NCBI GenBank assembly: GCA_030141605.1
Contig: JAQGDQ010000406.1
Location: 1 to 64,000 of the forward strand
Reading direction: 5' to 3'
Length of the DNA stretch: 64,000 bases
Source: Tubiluchus corallicola
Taxonomy: Eukaryota > Animalia > Priapulida
In this document: piece after piece, positions 1 through 13,129 of the stretch
Position numbering within the stretch: position 1 is the stretch's first letter
How the letters are laid out: every line of letters begins with the position of its first letter
The notes under the pieces: model-generated
What the model saw: the letters and a program-made list of their open reading frames with translations, nothing else
Databases searched by the model: none
What the model was told of the DNA's origin: nothing
Program-made: the position numbers and the translations under genes

Positions 1-175
1 TTCGAAAAATAAACCATCAATGGCACGACACTAGATCGAGACCTTTCGTTTGATGTATAGATCGCCGCAAATGGTGCCCTCGTCCGGGCTGTAGCCTCGA
101 ATCTTATATATATATATATATATATATATTAAGATACCAAGAATATTAATATAATAGTAGATAGTAGATAGTAGA
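1..175 (-). mobile_element. Non-autonomous Helitron family copy A (5' portion; continues beyond the window start)
   Basis: Near-identical to 4321-4490 and to the reverse complement of 59570-59720. The minus-strand 5' end reads A|TCTACTATCTAC...TATATTAATATTCTTGG, followed by (TA)n. Confidence 0.75.
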
Positions 176-189
176 TACTTAATATAATA

Positions 190-830
190 TAATTAAGAGG
201 TTGAAATTTGTTCGCAATTATCAATTCTGATGTTTACATGAGGAGTATTACAGCTGTGTTGGCTATGAAAAAGCATAATTTTTTTCACATTTAGGGATAG
301 CTTATTTGTTTTTAGCCATTCGTTAATAAGGAAAAGCTCAGAATTTATGCTGTTTGACATTTTTTAAGCATCAGTACCAAAAGAAGATAGCTGGCAAATA
401 AAGGATGTATCAGCGGCATACATTATGGTGTTAAACAAGCCACTTACAGAACCCAGATTATTTATATAAATTAAAAACAAAAATGGGCCTAGAATAGAAC
501 CTTGAGGATCCCCAGTTACGATATTGCAGAGTTCTGATTGTGAGTCATTAACATGTACTGTCAGTCGACGTATTGTTTTCGATTATTTGGATAACTGGAG
601 AGCAGTGCATTAGAATTATTAGCTAAACCCTAATATCTGAGTTTATGAAGCAAAATTGCATGGTCTAGTAAATCAAATGCTTTGCTTAGATCCATGAAAA
701 TGGCAACAAATTGTTCACCACTATCAAATCCATTAATAAAATGAACTACCAATTCCGCTTCAGCAAGTTCTGTAAAGTGCTGCTTACAGAAGTCATACTG
801 ACTTGATGTCACGTATGTTGACTGAGCTTC
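190..830 (-). pseudogene. Degenerate CR1/L2-type LINE reverse transcriptase fragment
   Basis: Minus-strand motifs FMDLSKAFDLLDHAILLHKL (ORF 630-812), GDPQGSILGPFLFLIYINNL and MYAADTS. Confidence 0.8.
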
Positions 831-2159
831 AGAAACTAATGTCTTGTGTGTGGGTAATTATAAACTTTAACCGGCCTTTTCATTCCCATATATGTATATA
901 TACAATACTTAAAAAACAAAATTAGTGCAATGACATCTTTGGCAAAAATTACAGAGAAAACTAACTGAAAATGGAACTACAGTCATGTGTCTTAGACATC
1001 GTTGAAAACATCTTTGAATTACTGAAGTGCCAAGCATTCAACGTTATTTGTTACTTAATAATATATAGAAATAATGGGTAACACAAACGTATTCTTTCTT
1101 ATAATTTCATTGGATTCACTAAAAAGATGGTAACGAAAAGGCCGTCTGGAATTCAATAAACTGTATAAAGCAAAAGTAATGCAGTGTTTTTATTTGATAA
1201 AAACTTTGTGCTGTTGAAGCACAAAGAAATTCTTTTATTACTCTTAGAACTGCTTAAATTATCTAAAAAAAAATTCTGGAATTCAGAATTTCAGCAAAAT
1301 TTCTCTCGTCTTCATTTTCAATTTTCAACCTATGAATGAATCTGTCTGTGATGGCTTCCCACACATCAAAATTAACAACTAGCCATGGTACTGATATTTA
1401 AAAGTGATTCACACAGTCTTTACTTTGGTGCAAATTCATGTAGTTAGACAGTTTGTATTTTTTGAATTAAACTTCTAAATCACATTTTATTCCAATACTG
1501 TGCTTTTTAATTATTCACATTTTTGTCTCTTTTGTCACTCGTCTATTGTCACGCTTGTTAACTTGTACAGATTATGTTTGTAAGATGTCTAGAATAAAGT
1601 TTCTGTGTCTAGGTATTTATGTGAACTTGCTTTATTTTAGTTTCATAAAAGGTGATTCAATAAATAATAAACTTTTATAGTCATATTGATTGAAACTATC
1701 TTTTACACATTAGGTTTATTGTTTTTATTGCCTATTGTTTGGTTTAAAGGTTTATCTGTTGGTCTTTTCTTGGTCTTGTGTAATTTTAGTTTGATTGGTG
1801 TCTATTCATGCTAATCTGTAATCATTTTAATCTGTAATAATCCAATGTCTGCTGCAATTTTAGTGAATAAACTAAAAACTAAAACCAAAACTGAAGGTTG
1901 GAGCCAAGTCATGTCTAACAAAGTCACAGGCGGCCTTCGAGTAGTTGGCCCTTTGGGGTGCACTCTATTAACTGACATGTCAATCTGCTGTGTCGGTTGA
2001 TCTCAGATAATCGCATAAAGTGACATATTTTTGGTGTTTAACATGCATTATAGGAACATAGTGTAGGAAAACCTAAGCTGCTTTTCACAACTATTGAGCC
2101 TGTTGAGTAATATTAGTGATAGGCCTACTTTGTTCTTACAGTTGCAGAGATGCTGTAAA

Positions 2160-2232
<73 letters not shown>

Positions 2233-2274
2233 AGGGAGGGAGGGGGAGGGAGAGGGAGGGGAGAGGGAGAGAGT
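2160..2274. repeat. (GA)n/(GGGA)n purine microsatellite
   Basis: Directly visible; it explains the ERER ORFs. Confidence 0.95.
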
Positions 2275-2566
2275 GAAATAAGTGAACGAATGAGTGTGAG
2301 AAAGAAGAAGGGATATATTAATATTCTACACTTGTTTTTGTGAGTTTACGCTTGTTTTTGCGAAGTGAACGAAATCTCCACTTTTATTTATTCATTTGGA
2401 GGACTTCATTTTAACTGGACTACATTGTAATCATGGTCATAGTTGTGGTTGTTATACTGTTTGTTGTTGACTTTGTTAATGTGCCCGTAGTTATTCATTC
2501 AATTATTGTAACTCCGTTATTGCTCCATCCTGATCTAAGAAAAATTAACTGTATTTTGAAACGTAG

Positions 2567-2692
2567 GTTTTTGATGGGAGCATCATGTGGTGGAGGCAAC
2601 ATGAAGATAGATGAATCTGTCTATGAGGCATTAGGACTAAGACCTAGACATGCTTATTCTGTTTTGGATGTACAAGCATTTAATTCTGTCAG
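2567..2692 (+). CDS. CAPN15: Calpain-15/SOL exon (catalytic His region)
   Basis: tag|G...AG|gtatcg; encodes [35 protein letters not shown]; splice phase matches the next exon. Confidence 0.93.
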
Positions 2693-3071
2693 GTATCGTT
2701 TTCATATTTGATGTTTCTGTGTTTCAGATAGAAGACTCGCAGTAGCAAGAAATAAATTTCTAGTGTCAATATTCTTGAAAATTAATTAATCTACACTTAC
2801 TTAGCGGTGTCAAGTTGAACATTTTCTTTGCTGCATTTTTCTTTTTAAGAATTTTGTAATTCATAATAATAGGAAATATTGTTAGTATGTTAACTGCTGA
2901 TTACAAGACATTTTTAAAATATTTTTAAAAGCAATTCTAACAGTTATAACTGCTTTTTATCAAATATGCATGTTTCATGAAGTTAACATTTTGTTTCATT
3001 AACTGGCATTTCTAACATTATATTTTAAGTTGTAATTGTTTCTATTAATCCATTTACTTATTAATAAAGAA

Positions 3072-3895
3072 CTAGCAAAGGCCCCGCAAAAGATTTTGCG
3101 TATAAATACACGTGTAATCAATAATACGCGAACATCCTACACAGTCCTCATGTATAACACAAAGCCCGTAACATCCTGCCTACTTACCTCTAACGCAAAG
3201 CCAGCAGGCAGCTACTGTATGTCTGTTTATCTAACGCAGAGCAGCTTTTTGCTGAATTAAAGTTATAGAGTACAATGGATGACGTCAGCACAATGGAATG
3301 CGTTAGGATAGTTTTCTAAGCGAAAATCGCCGAAAATAGAACCTCTAATTAACTCGCCAGTACTCCTCTCAGTGGACCTGCCCTAAAATATAGCCCACAT
3401 CATCGTGTAGCCCTGTCCTTCCTCTTTGTAAAGAGCCCCATATCTCCTTCCGAGAGTCCCACCGGGCGCCGCTCGAACGTTTTTCCCGCAGGCTGTTTGG
3501 CCGAAATTTCGAAAAAATCGCGAGTTGGGTCCAGGAAAACGCCCGTTACGGGGCACCCTGGCCCTCTCGGGAATTCTAAATATGCCTACTACACCCACCG
3601 CTGAACGGGCTATCTATCCATACCCAGCACCACCCTCAGCCCGTTCCCGTTCTCTACATCTGAGCCGTATAACTTTTGCAATTTTTTGCAAAAAACGGTG
3701 GAAAAAGGGGCATTTTTGGAGGTTTTTTGCCTCCCCTTTCTCCCGGTGGGCCCGATTCGAAAAATAAACCACCAATGAGACAACACTAGATCGAGACCTT
3801 TCTTTTGGTATATAGATCGCCGCAAATGGTGCCCTCGTCGAAGCTGTAGCCTCGAATCTTATATATATATATACCAAGAATATTAATATAAGAGA
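3072..3895 (-). mobile_element. Non-autonomous Helitron copy B
   Basis: Minus strand starts TCTCTTATATT and ends with the hairpin CGCAAAA-TC-TTTTGCG, then GGGCCTTTGCTAG|T. These are canonical TC...hairpin-CTAG termini. Confidence 0.85.
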
Positions 3896-4492
3896 CTAGC
3901 AAAGGCCCCGCAAAAGATTTTGCGTATAAATACACGTGTAATCAATAATACGCGAACATCTTACCTAGTCCACATTTATAACACAAAGCCCGTAACATCG
4001 TGCCTACTGTTTGTTTAACTAACGCAAAGCCTGTAGCTTTTTGCTGAATTAAAGTTATAAGCAGAGTAGAGTACAATGGATGACGTCACAACAATGCCTT
4101 TGCGTCAGCAGTTTCTTAAGCGAAAATTGTCGAAAATAGAACATCCAATTAACTCGTTGATACTCCTCTCGGTGGACCTGTCCTAAAATATAATATACCC
4201 AGCACCACCCTCGACCCATTCCCGTTCTCTACATCTCAGCCGTATAACTTTTGCAAAAAACGGCCGAAAAAGGGCCATTTTTGGAGGTTTTTCGCCCCCC
4301 ATTCCTCCCGGTGGGCCCGATTCGAAAAATAAACCATCAATGGCACGACACTAGATCGAGACCTTTCGTTTGATATATAGATCGCCGCAAATGGTGCCCT
4401 CGTCCGGGCTGTAGCCTCGAATCTTATATATATATAAATAAATAAATATATATATATATATATATATATACCAAGAATATTAATATAAGAGA
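3896..4492 (-). mobile_element. Non-autonomous Helitron copy C (internally deleted), head-to-tail with copy B
   Basis: A|TCTCTTATA 5' end with the same hairpin-CTAG 3' end; lacks about 230 bp present in B (roughly 3390-3618). Confidence 0.85.
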
Positions 4493-4879
4493 TTTGGCAC
4501 TGTAATAAATTAAAGAAAAGACACGATGTTTCAGTCCACTACTGTGGAACATCTGCAGGTAAAAAAAGAAAAGAAGAAAAAACGATCACTAAATACTATT
4601 TTTTGGTTTTATAAGCTTAACACATTCACTAGTGGTCAAAGAAAATACGATATGGTCACATAAAAGACAACCGCTAATTAAACTGATGTAAATAAATTAA
4701 ATAAACTGTCCATAATAAAAAACTGCAAGAGTAACAATGCAGAAACAAAAATATCACAAAATCATGTAGTAAGAGCACCAGATATTTTATGTCGCAAATA
4801 TTTTAAAATGTTTCTGTTGTCCTGAAGATGTTGTATGGGTGCTGTTGTACAAGCTGTAATGTGTGGTTAAAAACAAGTG

Positions 4880-6300
4880 TGAAACCAGGGCCTAAAGCAC
4901 TTTCCTGGAGGATTCAATTCCCAGATAAGTGGCTGTGCTGCTCTTTGAAAAGCTATACTGGTCTGCAGCTGGAAGCCTATTCCACATATATGTCGTGTTA
5001 GCAAACAAGCTACAACCATAGACATCTGCACGAATATATGGTTGCTGATTAATGGCATTTTCACAGTAAAAACGACTTGATACCTGGCTTAGATAGTCTA
5101 ACTACCTGGTGTATTATTTCTGATATTTGCCGGCATACTAATATCGATTGTGTCTCTAAAAAAACTTTGGATACTACATCACTTTGGTGTAGCAAGCTTC
5201 TACACTAAACTATCCAGCATAGAATCCACAATAGACTCGCAAATGCAGCATAACAAATCTCACAGCTTGACGTCGAACACACTCAGCTGTATTACAGCTG
5301 TCTGAGGGTTCCATGCTGCAACAGGGCAGCATATGCCTGTTCCTTCTATGTCAGGCAATGTTTATTAAGTACCCTTCCTTGAAGCTTCTGGTCTTACAGC
5401 TGCCAAGTGCTTGTTCCAAGCTCAGGTCATTTGCAATGGTTACTCCAAGGTATCTGTAAACACGATTTTTGGAGTTTCTTTTCCATTTATTGCAAAATAG
5501 CCATTGAATAGTCTGTAACACATATTAATTTTCTCATTACAAAAGTATGAAGAAATGATTTTTTTCTTAAGGTGGTTGGTAGATGAGAAACACTGCTTAA
5601 CCCAGATTAACGTTTGAAGGTCTTGTTGCAAAATTTTCAAAGTCATGGTAGACTTGATGTGCCTGTAGATAACATATTACCTGCAAATGATCTCAGTGTA
5701 GATGTTACTCCAGTGGTGTCATTAACGTACAGAAAAAGAAAAATGCAGGCTCCTGTGGCACTCCAGAAAGGACCAAAGAAGGCTCAGAATTGGTTCCATA
5801 AACACCTTCTGTGGTCTGTCCAGAAAGGTCCGATGCAGTCATTGATTTTTCGTCCAGTGACATAAAACAGCAATTTATACAAAAGCTTATGATGGGCTAC
5901 CTTATTGGAGGCCTTACTAAAATCCAGAAATAAGTTTTCAGCAGTTGATTTTGAATACCCTGTTGTTCACTGCTTCAATGTGTAAGACAACAATTCAGGA
6001 AATCCATGTTGATTGTTAATAAGAGCTTTTATGATATATGATTATTTTGCTGTATGAATTGTAGTATGAATTTTGCTATATGTTTGAGGACAGCATGCTC
6101 CATGGTCTTGCATGAAATGCTTGCTCGATGACACAGGTCTGTAAATGGCTGGCTCTGACTTATCACATTGTTCTACATGCCGATAACGCTAGCCATTCTC
6201 CACTCATTTGGCTTCCAACAGAGTAGGATTGCTGGAACGTATGTCTTAACATTGGTGTCACCGTGGTTGGCATATTCTTGCAATATTCTTGTTAAAATTT
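4880..6300 (-). pseudogene. Degenerate CR1-like LINE RT remnant
   Basis: Minus-strand fragments SEPAIYRPVS (near 6150), FLDFSKASNKVAHHKLLYKL (near 5870-5930) and HSATYLGIE (near 4930); many stops and frameshifts. Confidence 0.7.
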
Positions 6301-7041
6301 GATCTGGTACACTCTTATTATTCTTATATCTTTCAGAAGTTTTAGTATCCTATTTAGTTATATTTCTTAATTTGCAATGCAAATGTAACAAAACGGTCCC
6401 TTATTTGGTAATTTAGGTTTCCTTTGGTTTGCACATCTTGTAAAAACTGAATTGAATTCCATGTTAAGTATCTTCATCTTTTACATGTTGTTATTTACCT
6501 GAAGAGTTGGAATACGCATTGTTTGTTTTTCGTGATCTGATCAAAGACCAAAAATGTTGGCATCATTTTTCTAGCTGTCTCCAATGATTTCAGTCATATA
6601 CCAATAGGAATATTCTGGTGTCAATCTTTGTACCTCATTGCGTTTAATTTTCTGATTGGGCTTGAACATTATTGGTATGTCATGCCTCTCCTGTCACATT
6701 GATACTTTTCCTGATGATATTGTGGTATGTATAGAGATGGTCTCTATTAATGTCTTACACAGACGAGACCATGCCTCTTTAGCAGCATTCGCAAAGAAAA
6801 GCCAATTTTTTTCTACAGTTATTCCTCAAGAAAAACATAAAATAATTAGTGAATGGTTACTGGTGAATATGTTTGTGCTTTTTCTTCATTTCACCTGAAG
6901 ATGGTCTTTAGTTTTGGATTGATTGTACCTGTTGTTGTCATTAAGAATGATCTGTATTATTTATTCGTTTACTTATTTGTTTTTGTTTAATGCATAACAA
7001 TAAGCTGGTTATTGGTGTGGTGATGTTATAATGTACTTCAG

Positions 7042-7194
7042 ATTACTGCGATTGAGAAACCCCTGGGGACATTTTTCGTGGCAAGGTGATTGGTCTGATA
7101 GTTCTTCATTATGGACACCAGAGCTCAAGGAGCGCTTCATGCCACACGGTGCTAGGGAAGGTGTTTTTTGGATGGCATTTCAGGATTTTATGAT
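7042..7194 (+). CDS. CAPN15: Calpain-15/SOL exon (catalytic Asn, RNPWG)
   Basis: cag|A...AT|gtaatt; LLRLRNPWGHFSWQGDWSDSSSLWTPELKERFMPHGAREGVFWMAFQDFM. Confidence 0.95.
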
Positions 7195-7978
7195 GTAATT
7201 TTTTTTGCATCTTCCTTAACAAACTGCTTATTGCTTAGAATTGTTTAAAAAAAAACTTACGGTATCTAGCAGAACTTAAATACAGTCTTAAAACATATGA
7301 AATTCTAAATTTATGATTTTAATACATATATGGATCCATAACTGCGAATATAAATATAGATGTTATTGATGGATTCATGGATTTCAACAAGTAAAACAGA
7401 AATTTCGAAGCTTAGTTCAAACTCCACCTTCATTGTTTTAACAGGCTTTTACAAACAGCATTATCCAACCTGTAGACAAATAAACAGGTATATATATTGC
7501 TACATTAAAATTTTTAAATTTTTTATAACAAAAACGATATCCTTTTTCATAAATAATCCACTGTATAATAAATTTTATTACACTTTTATTAGAAAAATTC
7601 AACATTTCCAAAGTCTACTGACCGTCATCTTCAAAAAATTGCTAGTGCGCAGTGTGGAGATTCTTAAAAAAAGTGTAATAAAATTTCTTATATGATGACT
7701 TGTTTATGAAACTGAAATTGTTTTATGGTTTCGAACTTCCTATCAGCGCTTATTCTATCAGAACTATAGCTATTGGTGTTGTAACTATAGCTGTTGTAGA
7801 ATTTAAATCATTATATCACGTACAAGAATTTTAAAACCAAAAGCAGTATAGTGTAAACACACTAAAATCTCAGAAAACATATCTTGGCAATATTCTTTAT
7901 ACAATGCAGAATTGTTCTCAAATTAAGATGGCCCAAAGAAAAATCCTAATTAATTTCTTGCTTCCTGATTTTTTATAG

Positions 7979-8140
7979 TTATTTCGATAGTGTTGATATT
8001 TGCAAAATATCGCAAGGGTGGAATGAGGTACGACTTCATGGTATGCTTCCGCCTCATGCCGGGCGACCACATGAAGTTGCTATAGTCACAGTGTTAGAAC
8101 CTACAGAAATGGAGTTCACGCTTTTCCAATGTGGAAACAG
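7979..8140 (+). CDS. CAPN15: Calpain-15/SOL exon
   Basis: tag|T...AG|gtaaat; YFDSVDICKISQGWNEVRLHGMLPP...VLEPTEMEFTLFQ. Confidence 0.93.
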
Positions 8141-8420
8141 GTAAATGTCCTACTTGTCAATGCCCTAAAATCACTTGATTCAGGAAAATTTTCAAATTCT
8201 GATAGAGTTACTTGTCCTATAGTTACTACCCCTATGCACATAGGCAAACTAAGTAATTTATTCTCTCATTTATTTAACTTTGTTGTGCCTACTTTTGCAG
8301 TAGTTTATATGAACATGTGAAGTTGCCATTACAAATCGAAAAATCAAGGTTTGGATGCTGTACCTAGATTTACGGATTGCAGTACATGTAGTAATTCCTC
8401 TTATTTCAAAATGGTTTCAG

Positions 8421-8617
8421 AACTTGGAAAAAGTTGGATAGATGTCAATTAGATTTGTGTGTACTTGTGTTCAAAACTTGGTCTACAAATGTATCTGGAT
8501 TAGGAAAACTTGTACAGAACAGTAAAAGACAAGTGCGCGGATTTGTTGAATGTTCGGCAATGTTGGAGCCTGGTGTCTATACTGTTGTGTGTACAGCATT
8601 TAACCACTGGAACACAG
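8421..8617 (+). CDS. CAPN15: Calpain-15/SOL exon (SOL-homology domain)
   Basis: cag|A...G|gtaaaa; QLDLCVLVF...SKRQVRGFVECSAMLEPGVYTVVCTAFNHW. Confidence 0.93.
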
Positions 8618-9523
8618 GTAAAAATTGCTTTACCTAATATTGCTGATACAGACATTGTAATTATAATTGTCAGGGTAACAGAGAGTGATTTACAGTGATT
8701 ACTTTGAGAACATATTACCTGTATAGCAAGCTGTTTTATTTCCCTGAATTATAGTGTGATGTCTTATGAATTGTTATGACTTGAAAGCAACACAGTTATA
8801 ATAATTTGAAATTTATGCACCAGCCTGATTCAGTTTATTTACATAGTACATCGTATCCCTTTGCTGGTTCATTATGTTATCTTAAATGATCAAGTCATTA
8901 ACTTAAGATTCTGCAGTTTGACCAAAACTGCAAGTGCTGCGTTGATCTTTGTCTCAAGATCATAATTTTGCTATTACTGTTCATCATATTTGAATACCTA
9001 AGGACTGCATTTCGTTTCAATGAAATCGCAGCTTATAACATTTTGATCCGTGACCTTGGGCCACCTATCTCGGACCAACCTGTGCAGTTTAGTGTCTGTG
9101 CTGGAGCTCCTGTTTTCAGTTTTTGACCCCTAGTGAAAATTTTTCCACATCCAAATGAGCCACGTGCAAAAACTCAACACTACATGTTAAAAACTGTGGC
9201 CCTAGTTCAAAAACTATAAAAGAAACTAAAGCCTAATGAAAAACTGATAGATGTCTACTGTCTCTTGACCCTTTTATTTAAGGTCATCGCTTAGTATCTT
9301 ATTGTCTGAGCCCACACCCCAAGTACCCACCCTGCAAGTTTCGTGACTCCAGCGTCTTTACTTTTCCAGTTTTAACTCTTTTAACACTTTTGCCAAATGT
9401 CACATAACCTGGCCACGCCACCTTTTCCAAAAATACTTCATGCACATCTACCCTTACCCAGGTAACCATACATGCAATAGTATAGACTGATTAATATGCC
9501 TTTGTAATAACTATTTTTTCTAG

Positions 9524-9669
9524 GTTCTGGAAATCCAGACAAGTTTCCAAAATATGTACTAGCATTGCACAGTTCAAAGCGAGTTTTAGTAGAGCAACAG
9601 AGATCTCCTCCTTGTTTACTAGCTGATTCTGTTATAGAACTGACCATAAAAAAGGGGCAAAGACATGAG
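9524..9669 (+). CDS. CAPN15: Calpain-15/SOL exon
   Basis: tag|GT...GAG|gtaaga; YVLALHSSKRVLVEQ...LADSVIELTIKKGQRHE. Confidence 0.93.
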
Positions 9670-10117
9670 GTAAGACTTCAGATTAGCATATTTTGTACAT
9701 GTTCTCTTGGTTATTTACAAACAGTAACATACTTCTTGCTGCATAATAAACCTTACTGTCTAAGATAAGGAGAGAAGGGTAAGCTTTAATTCACTAACAA
9801 CAAGTTCATTAACAATAGCAGACACGCTGGTTGACCGGTGTTTCATGCCTGGGTATTAAGAAAGGTAGTAAACATACATACAACGTAATCATCAAAGAAA
9901 TATGTGAACTATAAAACATTTTATAGCAGTTAGAAAGAAGATGGCAGGTTCGATTCTGATTTTTCTCATTTCCTTCTTTATTTGAATTATTTTGGTTGAA
10001 AAATTGACTATAGTGAACAGTCCTTCATTCTAAATGCAGTCACACTTAGTGTATTAGAATGAACAGGAATCTATGGTTGTTTTTTATGCAGACGGTGGTT
10101 CTTTTTCTTTTTCATAG

Positions 10118-10296
10118 GGGAGACAAGGCATGACTGCATACTATCTGACGCAAGGCTGGGCTGGTCTAGTTGTAGTTATAGAAAACAGACATGGTAATCG
10201 TTGTTTACAAGTTATTTGCGATTGTACAGATAGTTATAATGTTGTATCAACTCGAGGCTGTCTTCATACCATTGATTGCATACCACCACTGCACAG
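10118..10296 (+). CDS. CAPN15: Calpain-15/SOL exon
   Basis: tag|GGG...AG|gtaaga; [25 protein letters not shown]...NVVSTRG...IPPLHR. Confidence 0.94.
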
Positions 10297-10317
10297 GTAA
10301 GAAATTTATGTTAATTA

Positions 10318-11048
10318 CAGTAGGCGCCACTTAATAGACTCACAGTTAATAATCGCTTAATTGACTCAAATAACTCCGCATAATTGACTCAATATTTTTG
10401 CTTCACATGCTTCAATAAGACTCTTTCGTGTGACTAATAAGCTTTTATTACTTTTATATCATCATAGTTCGCTTTTGTCCTATAATATGAGAAATAATCA
10501 TGTTAAGTACCGTATTGTTTGTAAGCTGGAACGTTTATCATACGCTAATATGCTAGTCTAATGTTTCCTTTGACCCGCCTGTCCACTGCAATTAACCTCG
10601 CTACCCAAGAACTCCTGGAAGCTAAAAATTTAATCACTTGTGTAGCGGTTTGCTTTTGAAGCTCTGGCCGTCTTTGCTAAAAAGTTTAATAAGTTAGATG
10701 TTGCTGTTATGCCAGGGACGCAGTACAGTACAGTACAGTAAGTACGTCACAATTATGGCAAGTGGGAGCTTAGGTGAAGCTACAGACGAAACTACTTGCG
10801 GGGAAACGCGGGCACCACCAGCAGTTTAAGCACGCCAAACACTAAGTATTTTTCTAATTTTAACTGCGTAAAGGAATTTAAGCATTACTTTGTTTCTAAA
10901 ATTCATTAAAAACCTTTGCAATGCAAAGTAAGCTGATAACTCATACTTCTATACCTGTAATACTACATCCATCGGTTAATAGGTTCAGTCAGTTAATTGG
11001 GTCAAAACACGTCGGTCCCAAAGTGAGCCTATTAAGCGGCACCTACTG
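10318..11048. mobile_element. Tc1/mariner-pogo-type MITE
   Basis: 26-bp TIRs CAGTAGGCGCCACTTAATAGACTCAC / GTGAGCCTATTAAGCGGCACCTACTG (3 mismatches), flanked by TA on both sides. Confidence 0.85.
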
Positions 11049-12127
11049 TATATGTTTTATTAACTAAAGTTCGTGTGCCACAATGTGTGTAAAGATCCAA
11101 ACACATACAAATAAAAAAAGTAAGTAAACTCAAAAGAACATTTGGAAGCGTAATAATAGGTTCGACTCGATCTATTGGTCAAGGGACTTGCTGAACTGAA
11201 GATCATCAATTATAAATGCTGGCATCTTGAATTTATATCGTATATCTGAAACCCAACTCTGTCAATTGATGCAGAATCCATTCTAGTGCAATCCTGTGGG
11301 GCTTCACGACCATTGCAATTTGGTGAAGCCTTAGGCTTTTCTTTAGAATTAAGTTATTATTGCCATCTAGAATTCAATGTGCAGAATTTGTTTGAGTACT
11401 TTTCTATAAATTTTATGTTGATCCATTGCAAATTGGCAGAGCCCCTATGCTTTTTTCAAAAGCCGTATTCTCGCCACCACCTTGAATTCAAAATGACTGA
11501 TCAAAATTCCAACTCTGTCAGCCTGTGTGGAATTCGTTTTGGTATATTCAATAAAATTTCACGATGGTCTCTTGTGAATTAGCAGAGCCGTAGGCTTTGT
11601 ATCAAAGGTTATTTCCTAACAAGAAAATACAAGGAGGACAAGAACAACATCCGAACAAGTAGCGATTTTGGTTGAGAGCTTTTAGAATTAACGATTGAAG
11701 AAGACCAAAAATGTAGATTGAATAACTTTGTATAAAGGCTTTAGACAAGTACAATGTAACATTCTTTACAGCCAATAATAGATTAAAACATAAATGAATT
11801 TTGCATGAAAAGATGCAACATGTATTATGTATACAGAAACAGTTGAGCAAATATTTGCAATGCTGACTTCTTCAGAGCTAGAAGCAGTTGTGTAATGCTT
11901 AAAAAATAAGTCAACACAGACTTGCTTACATAGTCGAGCAGCTAAGTTAAGCATTTTTCTACAGCTGGAGATTTTGAAGATGGGGCCACACCTTCAAAAA
12001 ACACTTAACTGACCTGCATTGAACCACAAACCTCATAGAAAATTTTTGAAATTTAATCAGTTTCAGAGAACTTCAGGCTCGAATTTAAATGGAGTGAATA
12101 TTTGGACATTTACTAGCTATTTTCTTT

Positions 12128-12327
12128 GGCTATGTTCAGGCTAAAGAGTTTTCTCTCACGAGTTCTCTCCAAACGAATTCTGTCGCGAGTGTCAGCTCGC
12201 ACTTACTGTCGGAGAGAACTCTCAGCAACTCTCTGAGATTTTGCAAAAACTTATCGAGAGAATTTACAAAGTCGTACACACTTGCTAGTTTACTCGCAGA
12301 GGGAAACTCTCTAGTTTGAACGTGCCA
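12128..12327. mobile_element. Short TIR element, possibly a PIF/Harbinger-like MITE
   Basis: Imperfect TIRs GGCTATGTTCAGGCTAAAGAGTTT / AAACTCTCTAGTTTGAACGTGCC and internal inverted GAGAG/CTCTC motifs. Confidence 0.5.
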
Positions 12328-12618
12328 CTATTGTTTGTTTTAGATTTACTGTACATTTGCATAACATGTACTCCTTCACTTATATTAAAAGTTGCTATTA
12401 ATATTCTGAAGAACAAAATAGAAAGAAACAATGTACCCATCATGGTGCTACTTGACTTGTTGCAGAAAATGTAAGATTCTGATATTTTTTAAAATTTTGT
12501 ACAGTCAATTGCAAATGCAATTGAAATAATATGACCTAACAATACACATTGTTTTCATTTTCTGCACCGTATTTTATTTTTTATTAACTTGCACTAAACC
12601 AGAAAATAAATGTTTCAG

Positions 12619-12796
12619 GCAAGTTATTCAGGTTGCTTCACAGTTGGAGGCAACAGGAGGATACACAATTAATCATCGCTTAAAACATCGTCTTTCATTT
12701 GGAGGTGGTCTAGGCAACTGGGGACCTCGAGGTTCTAATCACATACCAAGTCTCAGTTCTGCTGTGTTTGGTTTGCATACACCTAGACGTCTTTGA
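12619..12796 (+). CDS. CAPN15: Calpain-15/SOL terminal coding exon
   Basis: cag|G; QVIQVASQLEATGGYTINHRLKHR...GLGNWGP...GLHTPRRL-TGA, typical of the SOL C-terminus. Confidence 0.93.
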
Positions 12797-13129
12797 TGAT
12801 AATTTTCTCTAGGTAACGAGAAAGTGCAGAGCTGTTTTCCAAGTACATAGGTTAATTAATGGTCTAAATTTCTCAGCAAATTATTAAGATTTGGACATTG
12901 ATGTGAAATTATATTACCATTTTCTTAATTCTTAAAACAAAAATTACTTGAATCAAATAAGATGATTTTTATTATCTACCATCTAAAAAACTGTGACTGT
13001 TTATGGCTTCCATTAGGCATGAATTATATAATCTTAATTTAAAGGAATTTAAAGTTAGTATGAGGGAACCTTTGAAATGCTGGATTGCACATCTATAAGA
13101 TTTGAATTAAGACCTCACGTGATCATTTT

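Noticed and set aside
2094-2343. ERER/GRGR ORFs
   Set aside because: Translations of a (GA)n microsatellite.
3383-3877. Overlapping short ORFs also seen at 57000-57543 and 59688-60054
   Set aside because: Chance frames in a GC-richer non-autonomous Helitron; start and stop positions differ between copies and there are no Rep/helicase motifs.
8912-8932. Hairpin TGCAGTTT-GACCA-AAACTGCA and nearby repeat-like intron sequence
   Set aside because: Probably a repeat remnant, but no termini or second copy could be defined in the window.
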